A DNA stretch of 38,126 nucleotides from Gemmatimonadota bacterium (GTDB lineage: Bacteria; Gemmatimonadota; Gemmatimonadetes; Gemmatimonadales; GWC2-71-9), in assembly GCA_039586365.1 (NCBI GenBank), contig JBDHKN010000089.1, positions 1-38,126 of the forward strand, written 5' to 3'. The notes under the pieces were generated by a model. It was given only the letters and a program-made list of their open reading frames with translations. It did no database searches and had not been told where the DNA came from. Below, piece after piece: positions 19,259-28,289 of the stretch. Position numbers and translations under genes: made by a program. The first letter of the stretch is position 1; each line of letters opens with the position of its first letter.

Positions 19259-19337
19259 CTCGGTTTCCTCGAATGTCGTAGGGTCCGGAGCGCCTCCGGC
19301 CCGGGCGACACCCGGAACGTCGGACCAAAGCGTGCGA

Positions 19338-19395
19338 CTAAATCGATTGTTTGAAACATACGTTAGAATCATATTGCGGGGCCATCCGTTGTCAA
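19338..19395 (-). promoter_or_regulatory. Promoter of the TonB receptor with an adjacent putative TetR operator
   Basis: Minus strand TTGACA(19395-19390)-N16-TATGAT(19373-19368), followed by CTAACGTATGTTTCAAACAATCGATTTAG (19366-19338). Confidence 0.6.
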
Positions 19396-19435
19396 GCGTC
19401 CCGGTCGGGCCCGGCTATGCATCATCCAAGACCGC

Positions 19436-19490
19436 TTGACCCTGGTCAGGCCGACCGACACCTTACGCACGTCTTAGACAGGTGTTTTAG
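19436..19490 (+). promoter_or_regulatory. Putative tetR promoter with a second copy of the operator
   Basis: TTGACC-N17-CACCTT, then CTTACGCACGTCTTAGACAGGTGTTTTAG (19462-19490), 19/29 identical to the opposite-strand copy. Confidence 0.5.
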
Positions 19491-19508
19491 GTGTTGACTG
19501 GAGGGTCC

Positions 19509-20123
19509 ATGAGTGTTGCAGAGCAGTCAGTTCGTGACCGGATCATGCTCGCTACGGTGACGTGCATCGAGCGACAGGGGATGGATGCAGTCACCGTGAG
19601 GGGTATTGCGAAGGAGGCAGGAGTCAACAGTGCCGCAATCAACTACTACTTCGGGACCAAGCAGAACCTGATCGAGACAACTCTGCAGCACGTTTTGAGG
19701 CAGGAGTTCATAGGGTCGCTTGCGGAGTTGGATGAAGCCGTCGAAGCGGCGCAGGGCGATCTTCGAACCGGTCTCACGAATTTCCTCACCGAGTTTTTCA
19801 GCAACATGCTGCGCTGGCCCCGCGTCACCGAGGCGCACCTGCACGATGCCCTCATGCGTCAAGACTACGATGGTACAACGGTCAGAGAAGCCAACGCGTT
19901 CTTCGAGCAGTTTCTAGCCCGGATTCGATCGGTGCTGCCAAACGGTAGCGAAGCGGACCTCAAGCTGTCGGTCATTCAGATGTGGTCGTCCCTGTTACTG
20001 CTATCCCTGATGCCGCGGCTATTCGAACGATTCTGCGACGTCGCGCCAAGTGACGCCGACTGGCAGGAGAAATACGTGCGACGCCTGCTAGGTCACTTTT
20101 TGCACAAGCCGGATGTCACGTAG
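19509..20123 (+). CDS. TetR/AcrR-family transcriptional regulator
   Basis: HTH TVRGIAKEAGVNSAAINYYFGTKQNL; GGAGG precedes ATG 19509. Confidence 0.9.
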   Translation: MSVAEQSVRDRIMLATVTCIERQGMDAVTVRGIAKEAGVNSAAINYYFGTKQNLIETTLQHVLRQEFIGSLAELDEAVEAAQGDLRTGLTNFLTEFFSNMLRWPRVTEAHLHDALMRQDYDGTTVREANAFFEQFLARIRSVLPNGSEADLKLSVIQMWSSLLLLSLMPRLFERFCDVAPSDADWQEKYVRRLLGHFLHKPDVT

Positions 20124-20149
20124 GACCACGGTGGATCCCCATAAGGGTT

Positions 20150-20406
20150 GCCTGCGGCCATGCTTGATCCGCTGCGTCGGGCAGCACTGACCGTACTTCA
20201 ACCGGCTCGAAAGAGACGGAGCCCTCGCCTTTCGATAGTATGGTGCATCCCTGATCTCCGTTGCACTTGACACTCCTCGGGGTGATACCCGGAACCCAAA
20301 CTGTGGTACCGTGAGCCGCCGAGTCGACTGCAAACTCAAAATCCTCGCGCCAATTGAAGTCGGGAAAGCGCGCGACGTCCTCGGCTAGGACCGCTTCGGG
20401 AGACCG
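20150..20406 (-). pseudogene. Probable remnant of the N-terminal region of a serine hydrolase (beta-lactamase family) gene
   Basis: Start-less open frame translating RSPEAVLAEDVARFPDFNWREDFEFAVDSAAHGTTVWVPGITPRSVKCNGDQGCTILSKGEGSVSFEPVEVRSVLPDAADQAWP. The GDQGC..L......FEP.......PD....WP pattern recalls serine hydrolase N-termini (from memory, not searched). Confidence 0.45.
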
Positions 20407-20571
20407 CAGCAGAGGAGAGCCCGGCGGCGGCCGCGACTGTAGACATGCGTGAACCGTTGTGTGCGGGTCTGATTGACGTGATCGACGTGACGGCTATCTC
20501 CCCGAGGTCGGTCAGTATACTATGTCTAACCCACGTCAGTCGCCATTTGAGGGGGCGCGGCCGCAACCGGG

Positions 20572-21846
20572 ATGCACATAACTCTCGTCACCGTCGGTTC
20601 CACCGGCGATATCTGGCCATATGTGGCTCTGGGAATCGGTCTGAAGCGGGCCGGTCATTACGTGTGCCTGGCCACGCATTCCCACTTCGCGCCATTGATC
20701 AAGGACCGCGGACTCGATTTCTCCCCGGTCGAAGGCGATCCCCGTGAAGCGGTGGAGAGTGAGCGCGGGCAGGCCTGGCTCGATACTGGTGAGAACTCCC
20801 TGGCCTTTGCACACCACATGGCCGAAGTGATGCGTCCGACGATGAGTCGAGCGCTGAGTGATTACTGGAAGGCTTGCCAACCCGCTGACGTCGTCATCTA
20901 CTCAACACTTGGCTGGCTCGCAGCTCATCACATCGTCGAGAAGATCCAGATCCCGGGCATCGCGGCCTACCTGCAACCAATGACTCCGACCGGTGAATTC
21001 CCAGCTCCTGTGTCCCCCTCGCGGTTGCGCCTCGGTCGGTCATACAATCGCCTCACCTACCTGGTGGGCGAACAGGTCTATTGGATGCTCTTTCGACGCT
21101 CGTTGAACCAAGCGCGGCAGGAGGTGCTGGACCTACCACCGCTGGGGATCAGGGCACCCTTCGCTCGAACCAGGCGGCAACGAATCCCTCTCCTTTACGG
21201 CTACAGTCCGGCAGTGGTACCCAGGCCGCCCGATTGGCCGACTTGGATACACGTGACAGGGTACTGGTTCCTCGACCGGCCTTCACACTGGGAAGCCCCC
21301 AGTGGTCTCATCGACTTCCTCCAGTCGGGCCCGCCACCGGTATACGTGGGGTTCGGAAGCATGCGCACCCGAGAAGCAGGCAAGGTCACAGAAGTCGTCT
21401 TGGATGCGTTGGCTCGCGCTGGTCAGAGAGGAATTATCGCGTCGGGCTGGGGTGGCATCTGTCCCGCCGACCTGCCGGACTACGCCTGGGCGGTTGAGTC
21501 GGTGCCGCACGATTGGCTCTTCCCACAGACTGCCGCGGTGGTGCACCATGCTGGGGCCGGGACTACTGCTGCCGGTCTCCGAGCCGGCGTTCCGACTGTA
21601 TCCGTTCCGTTCTTTGGAGACCAGTACTTCTGGGCGCGGCGCGTGCACGCTCTTGGTGCCGGACCTGGTCCGATCCCGCTGAGGTGGCTTTCCGCTGATA
21701 AGTTGGCGGAGGCCATTCGCGTGGCCGTCTCCAACCCCCGGATTCGAGCAGGCGTCGGTGACCTGGGCCGGCGGATCCGCGCTGAGGATGGAGTGGGCAG
21801 GGCAGTGCAGGCCGTCGAAGAGTATGTGACGGGAGTAAAGTCGTAG
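20572..21846 (+). CDS. GT1-family glycosyltransferase (sterol 3-beta-glucosyltransferase-like)
   Basis: GSTGDIWPY, PPVYVGFGSM, VPHDWLFP and HHAGAGTTAAGLRAGVPTVSVPFFGDQ. Confidence 0.88.
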   Translation: MHITLVTVGSTGDIWPYVALGIGLKRAGHYVCLATHSHFAPLIKDRGLDFSPVEGDPREAVESERGQAWLDTGENSLAFAHHMAEVMRPTMSRALSDYWKACQPADVVIYSTLGWLAAHHIVEKIQIPGIAAYLQPMTPTGEFPAPVSPSRLRLGRSYNRLTYLVGEQVYWMLFRRSLNQARQEVLDLPPLGIRAPFARTRRQRIPLLYGYSPAVVPRPPDWPTWIHVTGYWFLDRPSHWEAPSGLIDFLQSGPPPVYVGFGSMRTREAGKVTEVVLDALARAGQRGIIASGWGGICPADLPDYAWAVESVPHDWLFPQTAAVVHHAGAGTTAAGLRAGVPTVSVPFFGDQYFWARRVHALGAGPGPIPLRWLSADKLAEAIRVAVSNPRIRAGVGDLGRRIRAEDGVGRAVQAVEEYVTGVKS

Positions 21847-22049
21847 GGCGGCTGAACCCATTGGGATGTTGCTGTGCCCCTTGTCACGGCCTTGGCTATC
21901 CAGCGGTGGAGGGGAGAGGCATCCACGTTGTTGCCAGCTGAGCCTCGCGCAACAAGCTGGTTTCTGCCCGTGCGCTACCCGATCGTGCCTTAGTAAACCG
22001 TTATGGTGTAATAGTTTAAAGTCTCAGCACGGTCCCTGCTCCAGAGCTG

Positions 22050-22085
22050 TTGCTAAAATTTTAGCATTGTGCTAGTTTTTTAGCA
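22050..22085 (+). promoter_or_regulatory. blaI-like promoter overlapped by two TGCTA-N6-TAGCA operators
   Basis: TTGCTA-N17-TAGTTT with extended -10 TG. Perfect palindrome TGCTAAAATTTTAGCA at 22051-22066 and TGCTAGTTTTTTAGCA at 22070-22085. Confidence 0.7.
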
Positions 22086-22127
22086 AGATGAAGCCTGAGT
22101 CTAGCAAGTGTCGTAGAGAGGAAGACC

Positions 22128-22517
22128 ATGTCTGCATCCACGCACATCGATCTCAGTCGCCGTGAGCGCCAGATCATGGACGTGATCTACGCCAGCGGTT
22201 CTGCCACCGTCCGCGACGTCATGGACGGTGTCCCCGATCCGCCGAGTTATTCGGCAGTGAGGGCGATGCTCAGGGTGCTGGAAGAAAAGGGACATGTCGA
22301 ACATCGACACGACGGCCCTCGTTACGTCTACGTTCCGACCGTGCCGCGTGCCCAAGCCAGCGAATCCGCTATGAAACAGATGCTGCGCACCTTCTTTGAT
22401 GGCTCGGCGGAGCGTGCCGTTGCGGCTCTGCTTGATATGTCCAGTTCCGATCTCTCCGAGGTAGAGCTTGATCGTCTCGCTGCGCTGATTGAGCAGGTGC
22501 GGAAGGAGGGGAGGTAG
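22128..22517 (+). CDS. BlaI/MecI/CopY-family repressor
   Basis: LSRRERQIMDVIY, SYSAVRAMLRVLEEKGHV and TFFDGS motifs. Confidence 0.92.
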   Translation: MSASTHIDLSRRERQIMDVIYASGSATVRDVMDGVPDPPSYSAVRAMLRVLEEKGHVEHRHDGPRYVYVPTVPRAQASESAMKQMLRTFFDGSAERAVAALLDMSSSDLSEVELDRLAALIEQVRKEGR

Positions 22518-22519
22518 CG

Positions 22520-25405
22520 ATGCATACGGTGATTTCTGCCACGCCTTTACTGGTGATGAGAGTAGACCTGGGTGCCGAGTTCGTGCTGAGTCTCGGTGCC
22601 AAGAGTGTAATCATCCTGCTGCTCGCGAGTGCGGCGGTCGTTACGCTGCGGAACTCTTCCGCTGCGGTTCGCCACCTCGTCTGGAGCACCACGCTCGTAG
22701 GTCTGCTGGCGTTGCCGATGTTGGTGCTGGTGGTTCCCGAATGGATCACGCCAGCGATCGGTACCGTTGTGTGGCCGGATCTGGACAGAGCAGAAGCACC
22801 CCGAGCTGCATCTCATGCGGCCCCCGCACTTGGCGCCGCAGCCGCGCAGGATATCTCGTCTGCTGGGGTGCCAAGCCTGGCTCTTGTGCCAGCAAGCGAG
22901 CCAGCTCGGGTTGCCATCACACGCACGCCTGTAACCGAGCTGGGTGCTTCGAGCGAGAACGCCCTACTAGGTGCCTCCGTTCGGTCGGCGGCCGCAGTCG
23001 GAATCTTGGGCGCGCTCGGCGGTGCCACCTGGCAGTCTTGGCTCTTCTTGGGATGGCTCGGCGGAGCTCTCTTGATCTTTGCCTGGATCGGCGTGGGCTA
23101 CTGCGTCACTTGGTGGCTGGAACGGTCCTCCCGCGTTGTTGTTAGTGGTCCCGTGCATGCTCTTGTAGATGAACTTGCAGAGGAACTCGATCTTCGCCGG
23201 ACCGTGACTCTGTTGCAGACAGATCTGCATACGATGCCCAGGACATGGGGCCTCCGACCCAAAGTGCTGTTGCCGGTTGACGCTGATGATTGGAGTGACG
23301 TGCGGCTGCGAACGGTTCTGCTACACGAGTTGGCTCACATCAAGCGGCGCGACTACCTGACACAGATGCTGGCACACGTGGCCGGGGCGCTCTACTGGTT
23401 CAACCCGTTGGTGTGGTACGCCTCGCGACGGATGCGCATTGAGCGCGAGCGTGCATGCGACGACCGGGTGCTGAACGCAGGTTCCAAAGCGTCGGACTAT
23501 GCGGAGCATCTATTGCACATCGCGCGCTCAATGAAGGTGAGCGTTCTCGCATCGGCGACTAGCGTAGCAATGGCGAGGCGCTACCAACTCAGCAACAGAT
23601 TACTGGACTTGCTGGACGGCGAGCGGCGCCGCTCGATCGTGTCACCGAAGGTAGCGGTGGTCGCATGGACCGTTGCGGCTGCTGTGGTCATACCGGTTGC
23701 GGGAGCAGCGAGCGCACCAGAAACACATGCCGAGAACGATGGGGTCTCTATTAGAGGAACAGCCTCCAGGGTTACTGAGGCGGCGGAGCCTGCCGGCCGC
23801 ACGGAGAATTTGATGCGTCTCACCGGGGCTACACCGCGCCGCGCCGCTGCGGGTGCGCGGCAGGATGACCACCTGACTGATGTCCAAGTTGTCCAACAAT
23901 GCGACTGGTACCGGCGGGGAGCTAATACGGCTACATCGATGAACGTGAACGACGACCTGCTCCAGATCAGCATCAGGATGGACGACTGCCAGCTCAGTAT
24001 CGTGGCCGTCGGTGAGATCGAGTTTGACGAAGCGGAGACGGACATCACCTACATCGCTCCGGATGGAATGTTCGAGATCGAGGAGCGGGAGGGACGTACG
24101 TGGTCACGTCTTCGGATCGCGCCGACGGAGGGAGCGGCTCTCGAGCGCCGGTGGTTTGTTGACGGCGAGGAGAGATCCTACGATCGCGAAGCTCAGGAGT
24201 GGTTTTCGGGTTTGCTCCCCCTGGTGTTCCGCCGCGCTGGATTTCAGGCTGAGGAGCGCGCCGCACGCCTACTCAAGCGGGACGGTGTGGACGGACTGTT
24301 GCAGGAGATCTCCCTGATCCCCAGCGATTACACCGCTCGCAAGTACTTCGAGGTATTGCTCACACAAGCTGATCTGAGCGAGCAGCAAATTCGTGAGGTT
24401 GTGAGGCAGGCTGGGAAGGAGATCGATTCGGACTACGAACTAGCCGAGTTGTTGATCGGCATGGCGCATTCGCATCCCGTGGATGAGGCTGTGCAGGTCG
24501 CTTACATCGAAGCGGCTCAGACCATCGACTCGGACTACGAGACCCGCCGAGTGCTCAACGTGATTCTGGATCGGCCGGGGTTGAGCGCAGCAGTAGCGCG
24601 CGGCATGCTGCAGTTGGCGATGGAGATCGATTCCGACTATGAGCTGGCCGAGTTGTTGATCGGAATGCTCGACAGACACCCGGTTGAGGAGGCGCTCACA
24701 CCTGAGTTCTTCGCCGCGCTCGGGACGCTTGACTCTGATTACGAGCACAGTAGAGTGCTCCAGGCAGCCCTGCAGAGAGGTGCTCCCAGCCGCCGGGTGT
24801 TGGATCTCGCGCTGGAGTCGGCATCCCGTCTGGATTCGGACTACGAGTTGGCCGAGCTGTTGATCCAGGTCGGTGAGCTCTATCCAACGGGTCAGACCAT
24901 ACCGGACTCTTACCTTGGGGCCGCGCGCTCGATTGGATCTGACCACGAGCGCAGGAGAGTGTTCAGCGTGCTCGTTGAGCGCGATCGGCTGAGCGTAGAG
25001 TCGTTGGAGCAGTTGCTCGATGCCGCGATTCTTATAGACTCGGACTACGAGTTGGCTGGACTCCTGGTGAATGTGCTTGAGGCATACGAGTTTGACGGCT
25101 CGACATACGAGGCGCTCTTCCGTGCGGTGAGCGCGCTCGACTCCGACTTCGAGCGATCACGGGTGTTGCAGACGGTGCTGAACGAGAGGTCGCTGACCGA
25201 CAGGACTGTAGAGCTGGTCCTGGATGCAGCGAGTTCCATGGACTCCGACTATGAACTGTCGACGGTTCTCCTCAAGGTGGTCGAGAGCCACACATTGAAT
25301 GAGCGTCTGCGCCAGATATTCATCGATGTAGCTGGGAGCATCTCATCTGAGTACGAGCGGGACCGAGTGTTGGCGATGCTTGTTAGAAACGGCGGTGTTG
25401 ACTAG
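22520..25405 (+). CDS. BlaR1-like M56 metallopeptidase with a C-terminal helical-repeat extracytoplasmic domain
   Basis: SAAVRHLVW, HELAH zinc motif, YWFNPLVW and ERERACDD; starts 2 nt after the blaI-like gene. Confidence 0.9.
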   Translation: MHTVISATPLLVMRVDLGAEFVLSLGAKSVIILLLASAAVVTLRNSSAAVRHLVWSTTLVGLLALPMLVLVVPEWITPAIGTVVWPDLDRAEAPRAASHAAPALGAAAAQDISSAGVPSLALVPASEPARVAITRTPVTELGASSENALLGASVRSAAAVGILGALGGATWQSWLFLGWLGGALLIFAWIGVGYCVTWWLERSSRVVVSGPVHALVDELAEELDLRRTVTLLQTDLHTMPRTWGLRPKVLLPVDADDWSDVRLRTVLLHELAHIKRRDYLTQMLAHVAGALYWFNPLVWYASRRMRIERERACDDRVLNAGSKASDYAEHLLHIARSMKVSVLASATSVAMARRYQLSNRLLDLLDGERRRSIVSPKVAVVAWTVAAAVVIPVAGAASAPETHAENDGVSIRGTASRVTEAAEPAGRTENLMRLTGATPRRAAAGARQDDHLTDVQVVQQCDWYRRGANTATSMNVNDDLLQISIRMDDCQLSIVAVGEIEFDEAETDITYIAPDGMFEIEEREGRTWSRLRIAPTEGAALERRWFVDGEERSYDREAQEWFSGLLPLVFRRAGFQAEERAARLLKRDGVDGLLQEISLIPSDYTARKYFEVLLTQADLSEQQIREVVRQAGKEIDSDYELAELLIGMAHSHPVDEAVQVAYIEAAQTIDSDYETRRVLNVILDRPGLSAAVARGMLQLAMEIDSDYELAELLIGMLDRHPVEEALTPEFFAALGTLDSDYEHSRVLQAALQRGAPSRRVLDLALESASRLDSDYELAELLIQVGELYPTGQTIPDSYLGAARSIGSDHERRRVFSVLVERDRLSVESLEQLLDAAILIDSDYELAGLLVNVLEAYEFDGSTYEALFRAVSALDSDFERSRVLQTVLNERSLTDRTVELVLDAASSMDSDYELSTVLLKVVESHTLNERLRQIFIDVAGSISSEYERDRVLAMLVRNGGVD
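24320..25390 (+). repeat. Eleven tandem ~34-aa DSDYE repeats (102-nt period) within the M56 gene
   Basis: Units start at 24320, 24425, 24527, 24629, 24731, 24833, 24935, 25037, 25139, 25241 and 25343, alternating DSDYELAELLI and DSDYExxRVL types. Confidence 0.9.
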
Positions 25406-25555
25406 GGAACGAGATCCCAACCGTACGCTGGACCAAAGGCAGCTGGGCATATAATGGACCGAGTGGTGTCTCTTAGCGTTACCTGGCGTCGTATGCCCAC
25501 TCATGATGGCTGACTATTGAGCGGTGGCAGTCCAAGCGGCTGTTGCGCGCCACAC

Positions 25556-26785
25556 TCAGATCCACACGTCCCGCAACAACCTGATCGCGTTTCCACCCAT
25601 GACTTTGGCAATGTCTTCATCGCTATAGCCGTGTTGTACGAGCCAGCGCACGATGTTGTGAGAGCCCTCAGTGGGATTCTCCAGCCCCTTCACGTACTGC
25701 ACCTTCTCGAACGGTGGGTTTTCTGATCCTACTGCCGGTTGGCGTGGCGCATGAGCCTCTTTGATGGAAAGAGCGGTAGCGTAGACGTCATGCAGGCCAA
25801 CGTGATCACCATACACGGTGTCGGGACCAAAGCCGACGTGGTCGATGCCAACGAGATCCTTGATATACTCGAAGTGTTCCATCACCGATTCGAGAGAATG
25901 GCTGGTGTGATTGCGCGTAAGCGTAGTGTGTGGAGCAGCCTCGACACCGATCAAGCCACCTTTCCTAGCGCAGGCCTCGATCACAATGTCGGGAGCCAAC
26001 CTGTTCGACTCCCACAGTGCACGCGCACCGATGTGGCTCAGAATGATCGGCCTGTCGCTCGCCTCGATCACATCCAATGTCGTTTGGTCGCCGCAGTGGG
26101 AACAGTCAATCAGCATACCCAATTTGTTCATCCTCGCTACCGCTCGCTTCCCCAATACCGTCAAACCACCGTCGCGCGGTTCCTTTAGGCCTGATCCGAG
26201 GGAATTCCCTTCACTGTAGGTGACTCCCAAGGCTCGCACACCGAATCCGTAGAGGATATCGATCCGGTCCAACTCATTCTCGATCATGGCGGCACCTTCA
26301 AGAGACGCTATCCATGCCACTCGTCCTTGGTCGTGGGCTTCCACGATCTCGTCGACGGTCGTGCAGTGGAACACGAAATCCTGATGTGCCAAGTCGCACA
26401 TTCGCATCCCCAGGTCATGCAGCACCTCGGTCCACTTCCAGCCGCTCTTGGACTCGATGTTGAGAATGCCGTCCATGAGATTGTCGAATACCGCATCCCA
26501 GTGGGCGGCAGCGAGACCGGTGAATGCGGTGGCCATGCGGCCGTCGCGTGTGTACTCCGGCGATTGTCGGATTCGAGCGGGGAAGATGCCAAGGTGCTCA
26601 TGAAGTGACACGAATATGTTGTTGCTGATGAGTCGCTCGACGCGTTCTTTGTCAGTGGGTGCGAGGGGTACTAAATGGGGCTCGACACGATCGAGTTGCT
26701 CGGCGAGTTCAAACTCCCGGTAGTCGATTCCCTTCTCCAGGTACGAAAACGATTCGTAATCAGTACCGCGCTTGGTCAGACTCAT
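25556..26785 (-). CDS. Membrane dipeptidase (peptidase M19 family)
   Basis: SLHEH, SLEGA, DGGLTVLGKRAVARMNKLGMLIDCSH, GIDHVGFGPD and KVMGGNAIRL. Confidence 0.88.
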   Translation of the reverse strand: MSLTKRGTDYESFSYLEKGIDYREFELAEQLDRVEPHLVPLAPTDKERVERLISNNIFVSLHEHLGIFPARIRQSPEYTRDGRMATAFTGLAAAHWDAVFDNLMDGILNIESKSGWKWTEVLHDLGMRMCDLAHQDFVFHCTTVDEIVEAHDQGRVAWIASLEGAAMIENELDRIDILYGFGVRALGVTYSEGNSLGSGLKEPRDGGLTVLGKRAVARMNKLGMLIDCSHCGDQTTLDVIEASDRPIILSHIGARALWESNRLAPDIVIEACARKGGLIGVEAAPHTTLTRNHTSHSLESVMEHFEYIKDLVGIDHVGFGPDTVYGDHVGLHDVYATALSIKEAHAPRQPAVGSENPPFEKVQYVKGLENPTEGSHNIVRWLVQHGYSDEDIAKVMGGNAIRLLRDVWI

Positions 26786-26840
26786 ATTAGGCTCCTACTC
26801 AATGCATGTGTTGAGCGCCGTAGACTCCTGTAGGAGAGGA

Positions 26841-28277
26841 TCACCGGATCAGTTTGTCTCCGAAGAAGACCTTCAGATTCTCTTCAGGTACGGGACGCGT
26901 AAGAAGTGAAATCACGACGAACAGTATCAGGCTGCTGACAACGCCCACTTCTACCGCATCGATGCCGTGCACAGCGAACCCGGCCTGTCCGGTGAACTCC
27001 CATACAAGGCACGCCAAGAACCCCCCAAGCATCGCTGCGAAGGCACCGGCGGCCGTACCGCGGCGCCAGTTGAGCCCGATCACTACGGGGACGAAGAAGA
27101 AGCTCGCAATGAACTTCGTTTGTTCTACCACAATGGCTTGGACGTCACCGTACTTCTGGAGCGCGAAGTAGATTGGGACGAAGGCGAGCACGAGGATACT
27201 CAGCCTGTTTACCATCACCAAGTGCGCTTGGCTCGCTTTGGGTCTGATGAACCTACCGTACAGATCATGTGCTACCGACGCGCCAGTCACGAGAAGGATC
27301 GAGTTCACCGTCGACATGATGGCGCTGAGCATGGCCACTATGAGGAGGGCTCCCACAAGAGGTGGCAGCACCTCGAATGCCATGATCGAACTCGCTTGAT
27401 CAGCAGAGGCGAGGTTTGGGAACAACACTCGAGTCAGCAGGCCCAGCAACATGACCGAGAGTCCGATTATGAGCTGAAAGCCAATCGATATCCCTATCGC
27501 CTGCTTCACGGTGCGCTCGTCACGCATCGAGTAGAACCGAGTCATCTCGTAAGGGGCGGCGGCAATGGAGAAACCGAAGCTCACTCCAAAAGCCAGGAGC
27601 TCCTTGGGACCGTAGTACCAGCCCAATAGGCGCGAATCCAGTGATCTCAGAAATGTGACGGATTGGGCCACCCCTCCAGCATGACTCAGGAGCACCGGCA
27701 CTGCCAGAGCCAGACCCGTCACCATTATCAGTGTCTGCAGGAACTCGATATACGAACTGCTGCGCACTCCACCTAGCAGGGTGTAGAACGCAGTGCTGGC
27801 CACTAGGATCAACATCGCCGTGAGCGGCTCAATCCCAAATACGGCCAGAGCGATCTCTCCACTCGCCTGAAACTGTGCAACGAGGTATATGGTATACGAC
27901 ACGACAATGAGAGTGGCCGCTAGGGCGCGCGCCTTTTCACTGCCAAAACGCACCGCGATGTAGTCGGGAACGGTGAGGGCACCGAAGCGACGTAGTCTCG
28001 GTGCCACCAGAAAGGCTGACGTCAGCCATCCAGCCCACACGCCAAACCAGATCCACCACCAGGAGACACCTGTGAGATAGTGACGGCCCAGCGTGCCGAC
28101 TACTGTACCGGCGCTGATTTGGGAGGCGGCGAGCACAGCTCCCCCGACAATGGGGCCGATGGAGCGCCCCGCCGCAATGAAATCCACCTCCGTCCGGGTA
28201 CGGAAAGCACCCCATACCGAAATGCCGAGGATCAAGCCGAAATAGACAACCAGTACTGCCAGCAATGTGGTTCCCAT
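26841..28277 (-). CDS. Sodium:solute symporter family protein
   Basis: DFIAAGRSIG, TVPDYIAVRFGS, YTLLGG and AMLSAIMSTVNS; many TM segments. Confidence 0.9.
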   Translation of the reverse strand: MGTTLLAVLVVYFGLILGISVWGAFRTRTEVDFIAAGRSIGPIVGGAVLAASQISAGTVVGTLGRHYLTGVSWWWIWFGVWAGWLTSAFLVAPRLRRFGALTVPDYIAVRFGSEKARALAATLIVVSYTIYLVAQFQASGEIALAVFGIEPLTAMLILVASTAFYTLLGGVRSSSYIEFLQTLIMVTGLALAVPVLLSHAGGVAQSVTFLRSLDSRLLGWYYGPKELLAFGVSFGFSIAAAPYEMTRFYSMRDERTVKQAIGISIGFQLIIGLSVMLLGLLTRVLFPNLASADQASSIMAFEVLPPLVGALLIVAMLSAIMSTVNSILLVTGASVAHDLYGRFIRPKASQAHLVMVNRLSILVLAFVPIYFALQKYGDVQAIVVEQTKFIASFFFVPVVIGLNWRRGTAAGAFAAMLGGFLACLVWEFTGQAGFAVHGIDAVEVGVVSSLILFVVISLLTRPVPEENLKVFFGDKLIR

Positions 28278-28289
28278 TGACCGTCTCCG

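Noticed and set aside
24320..25390. CRISPR array or diversity-generating repeat
   Set aside because: The repeats are in frame, vary at synonymous positions and lie inside a CDS; no cas or reverse transcriptase genes are present.
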